From a virus (taxonomy: Duplodnaviria > Caudoviricetes), in IMG/VR virus record IMGVR_UViG_3300032030_002018: a stretch of 64,000 nt of DNA; one strand, written 5' to 3'. The notes beneath the pieces were generated by a model, which had not been told where the DNA came from, searched no databases, and worked only from the letters and a program-made list of their open reading frames with translations. How positions within the stretch are numbered: the stretch's first letter is position 1; each line of letters starts with the position of its first letter. Of this stretch, positions 20,365 through 30,018 are shown piece by piece. Position numbers and translations under genes: made by a program.

Positions 20365-20712
20365 TTATTCTCCTTTCTGCGCTTTAAGTCGTTTTAACGC
20401 TTCTTGATAATAACCAATCGTTTCTCCTTGAATATCTGTCTTACAAAATTCTATCTCTGCATCAATTTCTGCAAAGATGATGTATAACTCCCTAATATCT
20501 TTCCAAGTAAGATTTTCTTTCTCCAAACCAACCTCTTTCGCTTCAAGGGTGTCAAGTAAGGAAAGAATGTGATTCAGTAATTCTATTCTTGCGTTATATC
20601 GCTGCAACTCACTTTGATTCTTTCGCCGTTCAAAAGTTCTGATGCTTTCTTCCTCATCGGTAATAATCTGCCGAATTTCATCTATCAATTTATCTTTGTC
20701 TATCAGTTTCAT
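20365..20712 (-). CDS. Paralog family F3
   Basis: MKLIDKDKL..EI...DTLEAKEVGLEKE. Confidence 0.7.
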   Translation of the reverse strand: MKLIDKDKLIDEIRQIITDEEESIRTFERRKNQSELQRYNARIELLNHILSLLDTLEAKEVGLEKENLTWKDIRELYIIFAEIDAEIEFCKTDIQGETIGYYQEALKRLKAQKGE

Positions 20713-21716
20713 TTCTCACCTCCTATTCTTCCTTTAATGGATTTCAGCCAATTAATACATTTTTCTGCAAGTCCGTATGAACAAGTCTTTCTATTCTTTC
20801 CGACATATTTAATATTTGATATTACTTCTTCAAGCATCTCTCCATCCTCTTCACTCCAAGCAGGCTTCTGTTCAATATTATTCAGCTCTTTCTTATTCTC
20901 ATCCCACTCATATCCTGCTTCTCTCATCTTTTGGAATAGAAGGTCACGTTCTTCTTTGGTGGCTGGTTTTGTACTATCTATATCAAAATATAACATTGTA
21001 CCGTCATCAAAATCACCATCATCGTATAGTGTACAATATGTTTTTGCAGCAGTATTATTATCATTCAGCTTTTGAATAATAAAAATACAAGAATCTTCTG
21101 CAAGTACATCACCATCCTTGGCGTCTTCTATATTCCAAAGATGGAAAGTCTTATCAACCCATTCTATAGTAGGTCGTGATTCGCCTCCTTCTACATCTTC
21201 TAAAATGTAAAATTGATTTAGATTTCCTTTTATTTCCCAAATGTTACCACAGTTATCCACAACCCAATCACCAACATTGAATTTTGATTCTCGTGTTAAA
21301 GAATTGTCATTTTCATTATTATCAATACGTTTAACTTTTTGGATTAACAACGATGTGGCTTCAACAAACCAATCATTCAATTGCCATTTTTCTTTGTTTT
21401 CTTTTATAGCATCTTCCCAATTTTCAAGTGTTGCTAAATCATCACTATCTATACTTTTAAATTCTCCTTGTTTTTCAAGCCAAGTAAGAATATTATCAGT
21501 TGGTATTCCATTAAATGTTTCAGCCCCACAAGTGTTTTGTTCTTTGTAATTTTTGAAAAATTCAACCAATACTCTCTTTATCCTCTCGTCCTCTGACTCA
21601 CAGAGTTCTGGGAAGATGTGTTTAACTGCCCAATGACCGCTTTCATCCATATCGGTAGTCAATGCGTATTTTGCTCTTTCAATAGCGTCTTCATAAAGTT
21701 TTTTATAATCTTTCAT
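20709..21716 (-). CDS. Paralog family F4 (335 aa, one module)
   Basis: F4 motifs. Confidence 0.8.
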   Translation of the reverse strand: MKDYKKLYEDAIERAKYALTTDMDESGHWAVKHIFPELCESEDERIKRVLVEFFKNYKEQNTCGAETFNGIPTDNILTWLEKQGEFKSIDSDDLATLENWEDAIKENKEKWQLNDWFVEATSLLIQKVKRIDNNENDNSLTRESKFNVGDWVVDNCGNIWEIKGNLNQFYILEDVEGGESRPTIEWVDKTFHLWNIEDAKDGDVLAEDSCIFIIQKLNDNNTAAKTYCTLYDDGDFDDGTMLYFDIDSTKPATKEERDLLFQKMREAGYEWDENKKELNNIEQKPAWSEEDGEMLEEVISNIKYVGKNRKTCSYGLAEKCINWLKSIKGRIGGEK

Positions 21717-22180
21717 ACTGTGATGTTTTTAATTTCGTTTATTTCCTTTATGTAATTTTTTTCTTGTTCGATAAGGTTGGACAATTCTTTTTTAATAATA
21801 TCCATTCTTGTATCCAAAATGCTTTGTTTATTTGTTCCAATTATTCCCTTATAGAATATTATTGATTTATCCTCTCCATTTTGTACATTCCAACAGTGAT
21901 ATGGTCCGAAATCAATTGCCATTTTCTTCTTATTGACAATTGTGGATATATAGAAACGTCCTCTTGCTTGATGCCAGGGTTTTGTAATAATCAGTTCTTG
22001 AAATTCGTATTGTCCGTCTTTTGTTCTATTAAGTCTGAACAATGTATCTCCTTCTTTACATTCCCCAAATGTCTTGTCTTTAATACAATACTCTGTCTCA
22101 GGATATGTTTCATATGGAGTATAACAATCAAAAAATAAACTTGCACTCATATTATTATACATTTTTCGTTTACATAGCAA
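21713..22180 (-). CDS. Hypothetical protein
   Basis: ORF; true start probably a downstream ATG. Confidence 0.65.
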   Translation of the reverse strand: MLCKRKMYNNMSASLFFDCYTPYETYPETEYCIKDKTFGECKEGDTLFRLNRTKDGQYEFQELIITKPWHQARGRFYISTIVNKKKMAIDFGPYHCWNVQNGEDKSIIFYKGIIGTNKQSILDTRMDIIKKELSNLIEQEKNYIKEINEIKNITV

Positions 22181-22258
22181 ATGTACATAATTTTTTTAAA
22201 ATAAACAACAGATAATACGTTAAAAAATGATAATTATTACGATATTTATATATATATA

Positions 22259-22289
22259 AAAAAGAGTCTCTTTATAGAGGCTCTTTTTT
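22259..22289. terminator. Bidirectional intrinsic terminator
   Basis: AAAAAGAGTCTCT-TTAT-AGAGGCTCTTTTT. Confidence 0.75.
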
Positions 22290-22490
22290 ATTTATATATT
22301 TCTCATTATTTATGTACACTATTAGTGTAATGATTCCAAATCCTATTAGGAATAATATTGTTCCAACCATATCTTCTCAAAGAAATGTTCGTTGATTATT
22401 TGATAATTTTTTTATTGTTTGAGAGACCAATATCTGTGATGATATTACAATCCCTGATAATATTAAAAACATTAAGTTTGGCATATTACT

Positions 22491-22934
22491 TTAAAATAAT
22501 TTTTGAGGGAATAGAAAATAAGGATTTGGCGTATCAAAAATGAAGGTAGATTTCTTCTTATTTTCAATTTTTCTTTCTTCTTCGTTTGACTTTTTTTCCA
22601 ATTTTTCACTTTGTTTGTTTGATTTCTTCTTATTTTCAATTTTTCTTTCTTCTTCGTTTGACTTTTTTTCCAATTTTTCACTTTGTTTGTTTGATTCCGT
22701 ATGATTTGGTTGGTAAACTGTTTTTATTACAAGAAGAGAAATAAACATTGTAAGAAATCCAAATCCTATAATTGTTCCATATTTTCTTTTCTTTTCATCC
22801 TCATCTTTTTTTATTTTTTCTTGCTCTTCTTCTGTAGTATAATCATACAACCTTGGATAGGCGGGTATATTCACACACCCATAAAAGAAGACAATAACTC
22901 CAACCCAAAATATAGTCCAAATGAATGCACTCAT
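22491..22934 (-). CDS. Membrane protein with exact 24-aa tandem duplication
   Basis: 72-nt repeat at 22549-22696. Confidence 0.7.
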   Translation of the reverse strand: MSAFIWTIFWVGVIVFFYGCVNIPAYPRLYDYTTEEEQEKIKKDEDEKKRKYGTIIGFGFLTMFISLLVIKTVYQPNHTESNKQSEKLEKKSNEEERKIENKKKSNKQSEKLEKKSNEEERKIENKKKSTFIFDTPNPYFLFPQKLF

Positions 22935-22938
22935 AATC

Positions 22939-23295
22939 TTATTTCCTATTGCTTTCTGTTACTGAATTAAGATACGCGTCTGCCGCTTCTATTACTCTAT
23001 CTGGCAGTTTTTTTAGGGTTTCATTTGATTTGATATAATCAATAGTTCCGCCAACTCCGAAAATAATTAGCATTTCCTTTTGCGTTGGAATCATTGTTGC
23101 CCCAAGCATTGCAATGATAAAAGCAACAGACCATTTTTTATACAAACTTTTTACAACTGACTTATATTTACCAGTCTTCAACGCAAATATTAGAAGAGCA
23201 ATAAATGGCACAATCATAAATAAGAGTACCCAAAACAGATAAGCGAAAATAATTTGCAATTTGCACAATGTTAAAATCCAGTAAAGTGTTGACAT
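22939..23295 (-). CDS. Membrane protein
   Basis: TM segments; downstream of promoter. Confidence 0.7.
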   Translation of the reverse strand: MSTLYWILTLCKLQIIFAYLFWVLLFMIVPFIALLIFALKTGKYKSVVKSLYKKWSVAFIIAMLGATMIPTQKEMLIIFGVGGTIDYIKSNETLKKLPDRVIEAADAYLNSVTESNRK

Positions 23296-23338
23296 AATTT
23301 TTTTCTTTTTTTAAGTTTGTAATTTAGTTTTTATATTG

Positions 23339-23370
23339 CAAATGTAAGCAATTTATTTGAATAATTCAAA
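23339..23370 (-). promoter_or_regulatory. Bacteroidota-type sigma promoter (TTTG-N20-TACATTTG)
   Basis: -7 box at 23339-23346, -33 box at 23367-23370. Confidence 0.8.
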
Positions 23371-23390
23371 TATTTTATGTTAAAAATATA

Positions 23391-23621
23391 TTAAATGATT
23401 TTGAGTTTTGCTAAAATGAATAATGTCAGATATGAGAATAGTATAAACAATCCAATCAGTATTGTTATTGTGAGTGCAATTGCTGTTGGAATCCATAATG
23501 GTGATAATATCCATATGATATCCCATTCAATGATGTTGAATATCCGACATATAACAAATATCATTGTTATTGCGATGCTCCACCAGGATATAAGAGGTAT
23601 GTTTATCTTTGAATTACTCAT
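23391..23621 (-). CDS. Small membrane protein (WxxxWILSPLWIP motif)
   Basis: Motif common in small phage TM proteins. Confidence 0.7.
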   Translation of the reverse strand: MSNSKINIPLISWWSIAITMIFVICRIFNIIEWDIIWILSPLWIPTAIALTITILIGLFILFSYLTLFILAKLKII

Positions 23622-23979
23622 TTTCCTTTTCTTTTAATACATAAGGTGTTCTGACAAATTCCGACATTGCGTAAACATAATTGTCGATTTTGTCTTTTAT
23701 TTCTTTGACTGTCTTATTGTTGATATACTTACAAACAGCCTCAACAGTTTCAATTGAATTGCACGCATAAATCTTATGCGGGTTTGTCAACCAAGTGTCA
23801 GTAAGGAAATATAATGCTCTGAAATTATACGCTTCATTATCGAATGAGAATTCCAATACATCATTCTTCTGTGCCACAGCCAAAATCTTCTCCTTTGTGA
23901 CTATTGGCGGACGATGTATATCATTTGGGTGAACAATGTAGAGATATTCACCAGGTTTGAACTCTTGTAACAACTTCAT
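23614..23979 (-). CDS. Hypothetical protein
   Basis: ORF. Confidence 0.65.
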   Translation of the reverse strand: MKLLQEFKPGEYLYIVHPNDIHRPPIVTKEKILAVAQKNDVLEFSFDNEAYNFRALYFLTDTWLTNPHKIYACNSIETVEAVCKYINNKTVKEIKDKIDNYVYAMSEFVRTPYVLKEKENE

Positions 23980-23990
23980 AATTAATTTAC

Positions 23991-24029
23991 CAAGGAAACC
24001 AACGAATCTTTAGTTCGTGGGTAGTTGAC
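23991..24029 (+). mobile_element. Collapsed IS200/IS605-type mini-element (single end hairpin)
   Basis: TTTAC|caaggaaaccaacgaatctttagttcgtgggtagttgac resembles both ends of the IS at 51013-53005. Confidence 0.65.
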
Positions 24030-24646
24030 TAATCCCATTTCAAAGGTTTATCTGTGTGATATCTGAATATGACTCTACCTTCGTCATACAATGGTACGGA
24101 AATCTTTATATCCTTCGCTTTTTTTGCTTTGGCGATAAAGTCATTTGTATCATTGATGAACACGGTTTTTGAGTCAAGAGAGGACGATTCGGTGTAATAA
24201 TATTTCTTTACCTTCAATGAATCAAATCTGACTTCAAGATAGTTGTCTCCATAATATTCGTTGCCAAAGATTTGACCGTCACTTACCATAACCATAACAT
24301 CAAGCCCGAATCGTGGAGATTTTCTTACGGTAATTCCTGAAAATGTTTCTCCATAAGGGAAATCCTGCTGAATTGTATTGGTTGCATCAATTGTTGCAAA
24401 ATACGCCACCTTATCAGTCATTTCATCTGTGGTTGTTCTGTATTTCCAACCTTCAACAACTTCTTCCTTTTGTGGTTCTACTGATTCTTTTACTTCAGTA
24501 TTTTGTGTAGGTGATGACGATGATTTCTTTACTTTTACGCAATTAAGAAGCAAAAAGCAGAAAAATACTGTAAAAGCTGTTAATAAAAATTTTTTCATTG
24601 TGTAAATTGTTTTAAGTTTGTGATTTAGTTTTTGATTACATTGCAA
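24029..24646 (-). CDS. Exported or lipoprotein-like protein (WxYxxxxDEMTD)
   Basis: Signal peptide MKKFLLTAF...LLNC. Confidence 0.75.
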   Translation of the reverse strand: MQCNQKLNHKLKTIYTMKKFLLTAFTVFFCFLLLNCVKVKKSSSSPTQNTEVKESVEPQKEEVVEGWKYRTTTDEMTDKVAYFATIDATNTIQQDFPYGETFSGITVRKSPRFGLDVMVMVSDGQIFGNEYYGDNYLEVRFDSLKVKKYYYTESSSLDSKTVFINDTNDFIAKAKKAKDIKISVPLYDEGRVIFRYHTDKPLKWD

Positions 24647-24675
24647 ATGTAGGCAATTTATTTTATTCTACCAAA
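24644..24675 (-). promoter_or_regulatory. Bacteroidota-type promoter
   Basis: TTTG-N20-TACATTTG. Confidence 0.8.
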
Positions 24676-24694
24676 CATTTTGTGTGAAAAGATG

Positions 24695-25009
24695 TTAATC
24701 TTCAAGTTTTTCTTTGTAAGCGTCTTCTTCAAGTTGTATTTCTTCCCGGAGTTCTTCTTTTGTTTTCGCCCGTACAATTCCGCTTACTTTTCGATGCCCT
24801 CCATTTGGAATTTTATGTCCTCCGTATGCTGTTGATTCTTGTAGCCAAGCTGCATTTGGACATCTGGTAGTTATATACTTGGAAGGTCTGTTCTTTGGTG
24901 CTTCGTCGAATCTATGAGGATTATGCCTTCCTGTTTTCTTCATTGCGTGTTGTACTGCTTCAAGCATTTGTTCACGCATCCATTTGTTTTTAATTCTGCT
25001 GTTACTCAT
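24695..25009 (-). CDS. Basic hypothetical protein
   Basis: ORF. Confidence 0.65.
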   Translation of the reverse strand: MSNSRIKNKWMREQMLEAVQHAMKKTGRHNPHRFDEAPKNRPSKYITTRCPNAAWLQESTAYGGHKIPNGGHRKVSGIVRAKTKEELREEIQLEEDAYKEKLED

Positions 25010-25296
25010 CGTCGTTTAATGAATCAAAATAGAAACTGTTTTGTTTTGGGTTTAATTTAAAAGACGCGATAAATAGGGTTGGTATAAAGATGATGATATA
25101 CCAGCCCCATATCAGTATGTTTTTAAGTTTTCTAGTTAATTTCATCGATTAGGCAATGATTGCGATTTCAACTGCAAGTTTTGCAATTTGTTTATGTTCT
25201 GCTCTATCGAATAGTTTTGTCCAGAATGTACTATCTGATGACATAATGCCATTGATTACTTGTCCTGACAGATTGATTAGGTCTTCCTTATCATAT

Positions 25297-25833
25297 TTAC
25301 CTTCCATCTTCAAATCTATATGTATTATCCCAATCTTCTCTTGATATTCCGTATATATCGTTTGGATTGTTTGGGTCTTGAAGAATAAAGCCGCCTGCCA
25401 TAACATTCTCTGTGCTTCCCCAAGGGGTGTTAAATGAGATATTATGTCGTATTGGTCCGTAGGCAATCATTGTTCCTTTTGGTTTGAATACTCCATTTTC
25501 TTCGGCTCTTTCGTATTTTCTATTAAATGTAGTAGTATCAACAGACCACTTATTATCTTTATTGTGAATGTTATTGAGTACGGTTTTATAAGCGTTTACA
25601 ACATTTGTCGTTTCTTCTGTTCCATCAGAAGCGATTGTTGTTAGTGGTATACCATCTGTCAATAATTTCTCAATGGTTTCAGCGTCTGTAATTCCATTCT
25701 GTCTTACATAGTTAAGGATATAGTCCTTTCCGTCTTGTGCGTTTACTCTTTGGAACTTGGAAGCCATTCTTGGCTCAAATCCTTCTTGCCTGACGTAATC
25801 TATAAGATTGTCAATGAAAATAAAATTGTCCAT
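25297..25833 (-). CDS. PGDYG-like phage protein
   Basis: TPWG...AGGFIL...DIYGISREDWDNTY. Confidence 0.55.
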   Translation of the reverse strand: MDNFIFIDNLIDYVRQEGFEPRMASKFQRVNAQDGKDYILNYVRQNGITDAETIEKLLTDGIPLTTIASDGTEETTNVVNAYKTVLNNIHNKDNKWSVDTTTFNRKYERAEENGVFKPKGTMIAYGPIRHNISFNTPWGSTENVMAGGFILQDPNNPNDIYGISREDWDNTYRFEDGR

Positions 25834-25986
25834 ATTGTTATTTTTTGAAAAAATTAAAATCAGCAGATAATTTCCTCTCTTGTATTGATACGTTTTTAAT
25901 ATCCAACCAATCAGAGAATGTAAGTGTTCTAGTTCCTTTTAATTTGGTTGTTTCTTCTTCAAACATTTGTTGTGCTTCTTCCTGTG

Positions 25987-26286
25987 TCATACTTGAATTA
26001 TTGTTAATGTTGATTTGGTAAGTCTATGATTTTCAGCGTCCCATTCGTATCCTTTGTTTTTTATTTCGTTCCAAATAATATTATTTTGTTCTATTGTTGC
26101 CTCAGATATATTGGTGTTATCTGTTTTTTCAGCTGTTGCTCCGTCAGGGAATACATTTAGAACTTCTTCCTTTGGAATGAATGATGCGTACAGATGGAAG
26201 TTATTTCCGTACATTTCATCAATAAGGATAATTTCGTTATCAATGATTGCTGTAATTGGTTTATCAGTATGTATTATGTGTTCCAT
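25987..26286 (-). CDS. Hypothetical protein with F4-like EAT.EQ...GYEWD motif
   Basis: Motif. Confidence 0.65.
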   Translation of the reverse strand: MEHIIHTDKPITAIIDNEIILIDEMYGNNFHLYASFIPKEEVLNVFPDGATAEKTDNTNISEATIEQNNIIWNEIKNKGYEWDAENHRLTKSTLTIIQV

Positions 26287-26506
26287 ATACCAACAAATTG
26301 ATTACAAATGTTATCATTGTAAGTAATGCTGCTAATGTGAATGATGGCGCAATAGTTCGTCGTATAATAAATTGTATTTTATCCCTGGCATCCTTTTCCC
26401 AGGATTTTTGAGACATATATTCCTGTATTGTTAAATAAGCTGTAATCAGGATTGTTGCAACAAACCAAAATATTGTCCAAGTTAATGCTGAATTATTTGT
26501 TATCAT
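26264..26506 (-). CDS. Two-TM membrane protein
   Basis: Hydrophobic ORF. Confidence 0.6.
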   Translation of the reverse strand: MITNNSALTWTIFWFVATILITAYLTIQEYMSQKSWEKDARDKIQFIIRRTIAPSFTLAALLTMITFVINLLVYGTHNTY

Positions 26507-27102
26507 ACTATATCTGTTATTAATCCGTTCAATTTAGCGTCAAAAGAATCAAAGAACCAATCTTGTTTTTTCTCGTAGACATCATTTAATTTATCGTCAG
26601 GGATAGTTGTATTATCCTTATAGATACTCCATATGATATTATGCAAGCGTTTTGTTTCTTCAACATTCTCTTCAAGTTCTTTTATTTTACCAAAATTTAA
26701 TGATGATAATGTATGAATCATAAATGTTGTATTTAGTGCTGCAAACCTATGTTCTTTGTCAACGGCCAGCATAATTATTGTGGCGGCTGACATAACTTTA
26801 CCATAACAATATAGATTGACAACATATGAGTGTTGAATTCTTCTTATCATATCATATATTGACAGCATATCGTATACATTTCCTCCAAAACTGGAAAGAT
26901 ATATATTGATATCAGGATGTTTTGGTACATATTCGATTTGAAGGTTATTCATTGCTTGTTGATTATTGATATCAATTTCATTATCTGATTTCAATATACT
27001 ATCAAAAGCTTCAGCCAATTTTGTGAACATACCTTCATTAACCTCACCGGTTAATTGAATATTATGTATTTTTTTATCGTATGACCTAATAGCGATATCC
27101 AT
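26503..27102 (-). CDS. clpP: ClpP-family serine protease subunit
   Basis: IYLSSFGG.V, GKVMSAA (Ser), FMIH (His), QDWF (Asp), GLITDI. Confidence 0.85.
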   Translation of the reverse strand: MDIAIRSYDKKIHNIQLTGEVNEGMFTKLAEAFDSILKSDNEIDINNQQAMNNLQIEYVPKHPDINIYLSSFGGNVYDMLSIYDMIRRIQHSYVVNLYCYGKVMSAATIIMLAVDKEHRFAALNTTFMIHTLSSLNFGKIKELEENVEETKRLHNIIWSIYKDNTTIPDDKLNDVYEKKQDWFFDSFDAKLNGLITDIV

Positions 27103-27109
27103 AATTTAT

Positions 27110-27697
27110 TTATTCGTTATAATTATTGTTGACACAGGGTATAATAATATCCATATCAGACCCCGAATATTTTGGCGCAATGAACCTAACGTAGCCATAT
27201 TCATTCATAATATAATCGAATATTTTATTTATAATTTCTTGCCGTTTTTCTTTCTGTGATTTTGTAAAATTGTAGTCTCTCACAACCAAACCATCACCTT
27301 TACCAACTACTGAAAAACCAAATAAACCATCTCTCATATATGGAGAAGTTAAAGTTAATACAAGATTATTATTCTCGTCGTAAAATCCACATTTTCCGTT
27401 GACATACTTATCGTCACTAATTCTATCAATCTTATAATCAAATATGCCTTTTTTTGAAGATATAATCATTTCTGTTTCATTAGGTAAAATAACGAATCCA
27501 AAACTATATTCCAAATTTTCTGTTACATACATTAACAATGTACGTTTTTCTAACCCTCTCAGTTCGTCTGCTTCTTCAATAGAATACACCCAAGTTGAAT
27601 GTGTTGCTTCACTCATAGGTGTAAATTTTGATAAATCCTGTCCTAAACAGTTGACAGAAAAAATCCCAAACAAAAATGCGATTAATAAATGTTTCAT
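27110..27697 (-). CDS. Exported protein
   Basis: Signal peptide. Confidence 0.7.
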   Translation of the reverse strand: MKHLLIAFLFGIFSVNCLGQDLSKFTPMSEATHSTWVYSIEEADELRGLEKRTLLMYVTENLEYSFGFVILPNETEMIISSKKGIFDYKIDRISDDKYVNGKCGFYDENNNLVLTLTSPYMRDGLFGFSVVGKGDGLVVRDYNFTKSQKEKRQEIINKIFDYIMNEYGYVRFIAPKYSGSDMDIIIPCVNNNYNE

Positions 27698-27704
27698 AAA
27701 TTAT

Positions 27705-27941
27705 TTATTTTTTTTGATATTGAAATACTAACTCCATTCCTTCTCTTGCGTGCGAATCAAATTTGAATCCTTTTTCTCCTTCGTCACTTGTCTTATTACA
27801 GAACCAATCAATCAGCATAAGTATTTCGCTGTCAGTTAGTTCCCTCCTATCCCCAGTCATCATATCAGGGTGTCTCTTGCTTTGTTTGCCAATGAAAACC
27901 TTGTCCATTGCGCAACAGATTTCGTAATCCTTTGCTGCCAT
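27705..27941 (-). CDS. Hypothetical protein
   Basis: ORF. Confidence 0.65.
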   Translation of the reverse strand: MAAKDYEICCAMDKVFIGKQSKRHPDMMTGDRRELTDSEILMLIDWFCNKTSDEGEKGFKFDSHAREGMELVFQYQKK

Positions 27942-27947
27942 TTGTTT

Positions 27948-28136
27948 TTAATATGTATTTGATTGCATTAATATTTCAAAAGCCCTTTTAAATCCGTCAA
28001 GGTAGGTATCTTCCTCATACATTGTAATTCTTCTTCCGCTTTTGTCAAGTTTTTGCCTGATATAATCTGTCAATTCTTTTTCTGCAAGATTATAAATTCC
28101 TGTTTCAGTTACTGGTAATGTTTTATCGTTTTCCAT
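27948..28136 (-). CDS. Hypothetical protein
   Basis: ORF. Confidence 0.55.
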   Translation of the reverse strand: MENDKTLPVTETGIYNLAEKELTDYIRQKLDKSGRRITMYEEDTYLDGFKRAFEILMQSNTY

Positions 28137-28145
28137 ATGATTAAT

Positions 28146-28337
28146 TTAATTTGTATTTTTTTCAAGAAACATACATATAATTCCTATTGCTATAATTGGA
28201 GCAAATAGTATTGCTAACACATAAAATCTAAATTTATTCTTTATATACACAACACCTTTTTTGAACTCATCATTATAATGAATTGCCGTGAATATAATCA
28301 CTAAACTTATAGCATAAATAATTAAAATGTATAACAT
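28146..28337 (-). CDS. Small membrane protein
   Basis: Hydrophobic ORF. Confidence 0.55.
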   Translation of the reverse strand: MLYILIIYAISLVIIFTAIHYNDEFKKGVVYIKNKFRFYVLAILFAPIIAIGIICMFLEKNTN

Positions 28338-28340
28338 AAA

Positions 28341-28898
28341 TTAGAACAGATATTTAGTTACCTTTGATTGATATATGTCTTCTAAATTTCTTTTCATTTT
28401 TCTTACTGATTTGAAACCTTCTTCCCTTATAGCGTCAAATATATAAGATATGAGAAGTTTTGTTTCATCGTTAATTGCCTTTTCTTCCTTACAGTTGTTC
28501 CACCAATCAATTTCTTGTTCAACAGTGAAGTTCTTTCCATTATAGGTCTTTCCTGCTGCAAGCCAATCTGCAATTAGTTCAAGTACGTATTTATAAGGCA
28601 TTTGTATGTATGTGATACCTGTATCATAATTGTCAGTCCAATACTCGTAATGATGCGGATTTCTACCCTTATGATGCTGCCAAGCTAACGAATATCCTTG
28701 CTCAGATTTTGCTACTGGTATTGGTGATGATTTACCTTGCTGATAGAACCTCAAACTCTCCTTAAATTCAACCAATGAGAATTTGCTCAAATCGTGGGTT
28801 AAACCTTGCCAAGGTATTCCAAGTTTGCAACAATAAAGGAATACCCAATATTTGTGTATTAATATCGTTTTAATGTGACCAAAAAAGTTTTTCAGCAT
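28341..28898 (-). CDS. DUF5662-like HD-superfamily protein
   Basis: HK..V...HDLSK...WQHHKGRNPHHYEYW...MP...E.IADW. Confidence 0.75.
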   Translation of the reverse strand: MLKNFFGHIKTILIHKYWVFLYCCKLGIPWQGLTHDLSKFSLVEFKESLRFYQQGKSSPIPVAKSEQGYSLAWQHHKGRNPHHYEYWTDNYDTGITYIQMPYKYVLELIADWLAAGKTYNGKNFTVEQEIDWWNNCKEEKAINDETKLLISYIFDAIREEGFKSVRKMKRNLEDIYQSKVTKYLF

Positions 28899-29584
28899 AT
28901 TTTCATTCGTATTTTGTTTATATAAGATGTTTTTTCATCTAGTTTTGTAAGTAACAAATCCTTCTCTTCACAAGTTGAAGGGTGAAAGCCTTCTGATTCC
29001 CACCAATCAGGCATTGTTTCCGAGCTTATGTGTAATTCTCCGTTCTCAATGTGACAATAACTATGGAATGTTGTGTCATTGTAGAAATCCTTGAACATCA
29101 CAATGCAATCCCTACAAGTTAATACGTCTCCATCTTCTGTATCTTTAATATCCCAAAGACGATAATTATGTTCAACTTCAAAGTAGATGACTGACTGCGT
29201 TTCTATACCTGATGTCACTATATATTTTCCAATATTTGGCGGTCCCAACACAACATTTATCACCTGATACACGTTATAACCATCTGTAATCCAATTACCA
29301 ATTTTAAATTGTGGTGTGAATTGTTTTTCAAGCCAATCACGATTACATTTATTGTATCCGTCATAATATGCCTTTTTATATTCAGCAGAACAATCTGACA
29401 AATTAGCGTCGCATACTTGACCTTGATATACATCCTTTCCTGTTCTCAAACCAGCATAAAACACATCTGCAACACTGTATTTTTCTTCATCTGTTGAATC
29501 GGCAAAATAATGCATTACTGCCTCATTTAGTTTTTCATCAATATATTTACCGTAACCGTTTGGCGAATTTGTTTCGTTTTCCAT
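28892..29584 (-). CDS. F4-module-containing protein
   Basis: WLEKQ...FKIGNWI...LWDIKDTEDGDVL. Confidence 0.7.
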   Translation of the reverse strand: MENETNSPNGYGKYIDEKLNEAVMHYFADSTDEEKYSVADVFYAGLRTGKDVYQGQVCDANLSDCSAEYKKAYYDGYNKCNRDWLEKQFTPQFKIGNWITDGYNVYQVINVVLGPPNIGKYIVTSGIETQSVIYFEVEHNYRLWDIKDTEDGDVLTCRDCIVMFKDFYNDTTFHSYCHIENGELHISSETMPDWWESEGFHPSTCEEKDLLLTKLDEKTSYINKIRMKIC

Positions 29585-29697
29585 AATATTATATTTTAGT
29601 TAATCATCCATTAAACTGTTAACTAGATACATAATAATAGCCAATATAATTATAAAGGCAATTGCTGAGAATGTTTGAATAACTGATTCCATTATTT

Positions 29698-30018
29698 TTA
29701 TTTTTTTATCTTATTCACCAATATAAGTTCATCTCCGACATTGTATTTTCCAATTTCATCATAGAATGTGACGCGTTCGCAATCCACTGAATTTTGTGTA
29801 TCGTACCAAGATACAGCAGTATATTTTGCCATTCGTGTCATTTCACCTTTACTTTTGGTATACCCAAAAGTAACCTTTTCAATTGTTAGCGTTGGTTCTG
29901 ATACCTTTCCATTCCTGGTGTAGCCTTTATTTATCTTAACTCCTTCATTAGTGAGTTCTAAACAAATAACAATAACAATGGTTATTATCATACAGATTAT
30001 TGAAATAAATACACTCAT
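29698..30018 (-). CDS. Membrane-anchored protein
   Basis: N-terminal TM. Confidence 0.65.
   Translation of the reverse strand: MSVFISIICMIITIVIVICLELTNEGVKINKGYTRNGKVSEPTLTIEKVTFGYTKSKGEMTRMAKYTAVSWYDTQNSVDCERVTFYDEIGKYNVGDELILVNKIKK

Noticed and set aside
1258-21716. Diversity-generating retroelement behind the paralog repeats
   Set aside because: No reverse transcriptase in the window, and differences between copies did not look adenine-specific by eye
22549-22696. 72-nt repeat as CRISPR or regulatory array
   Set aside because: Exact in-frame tandem duplication within a coding region, no spacers
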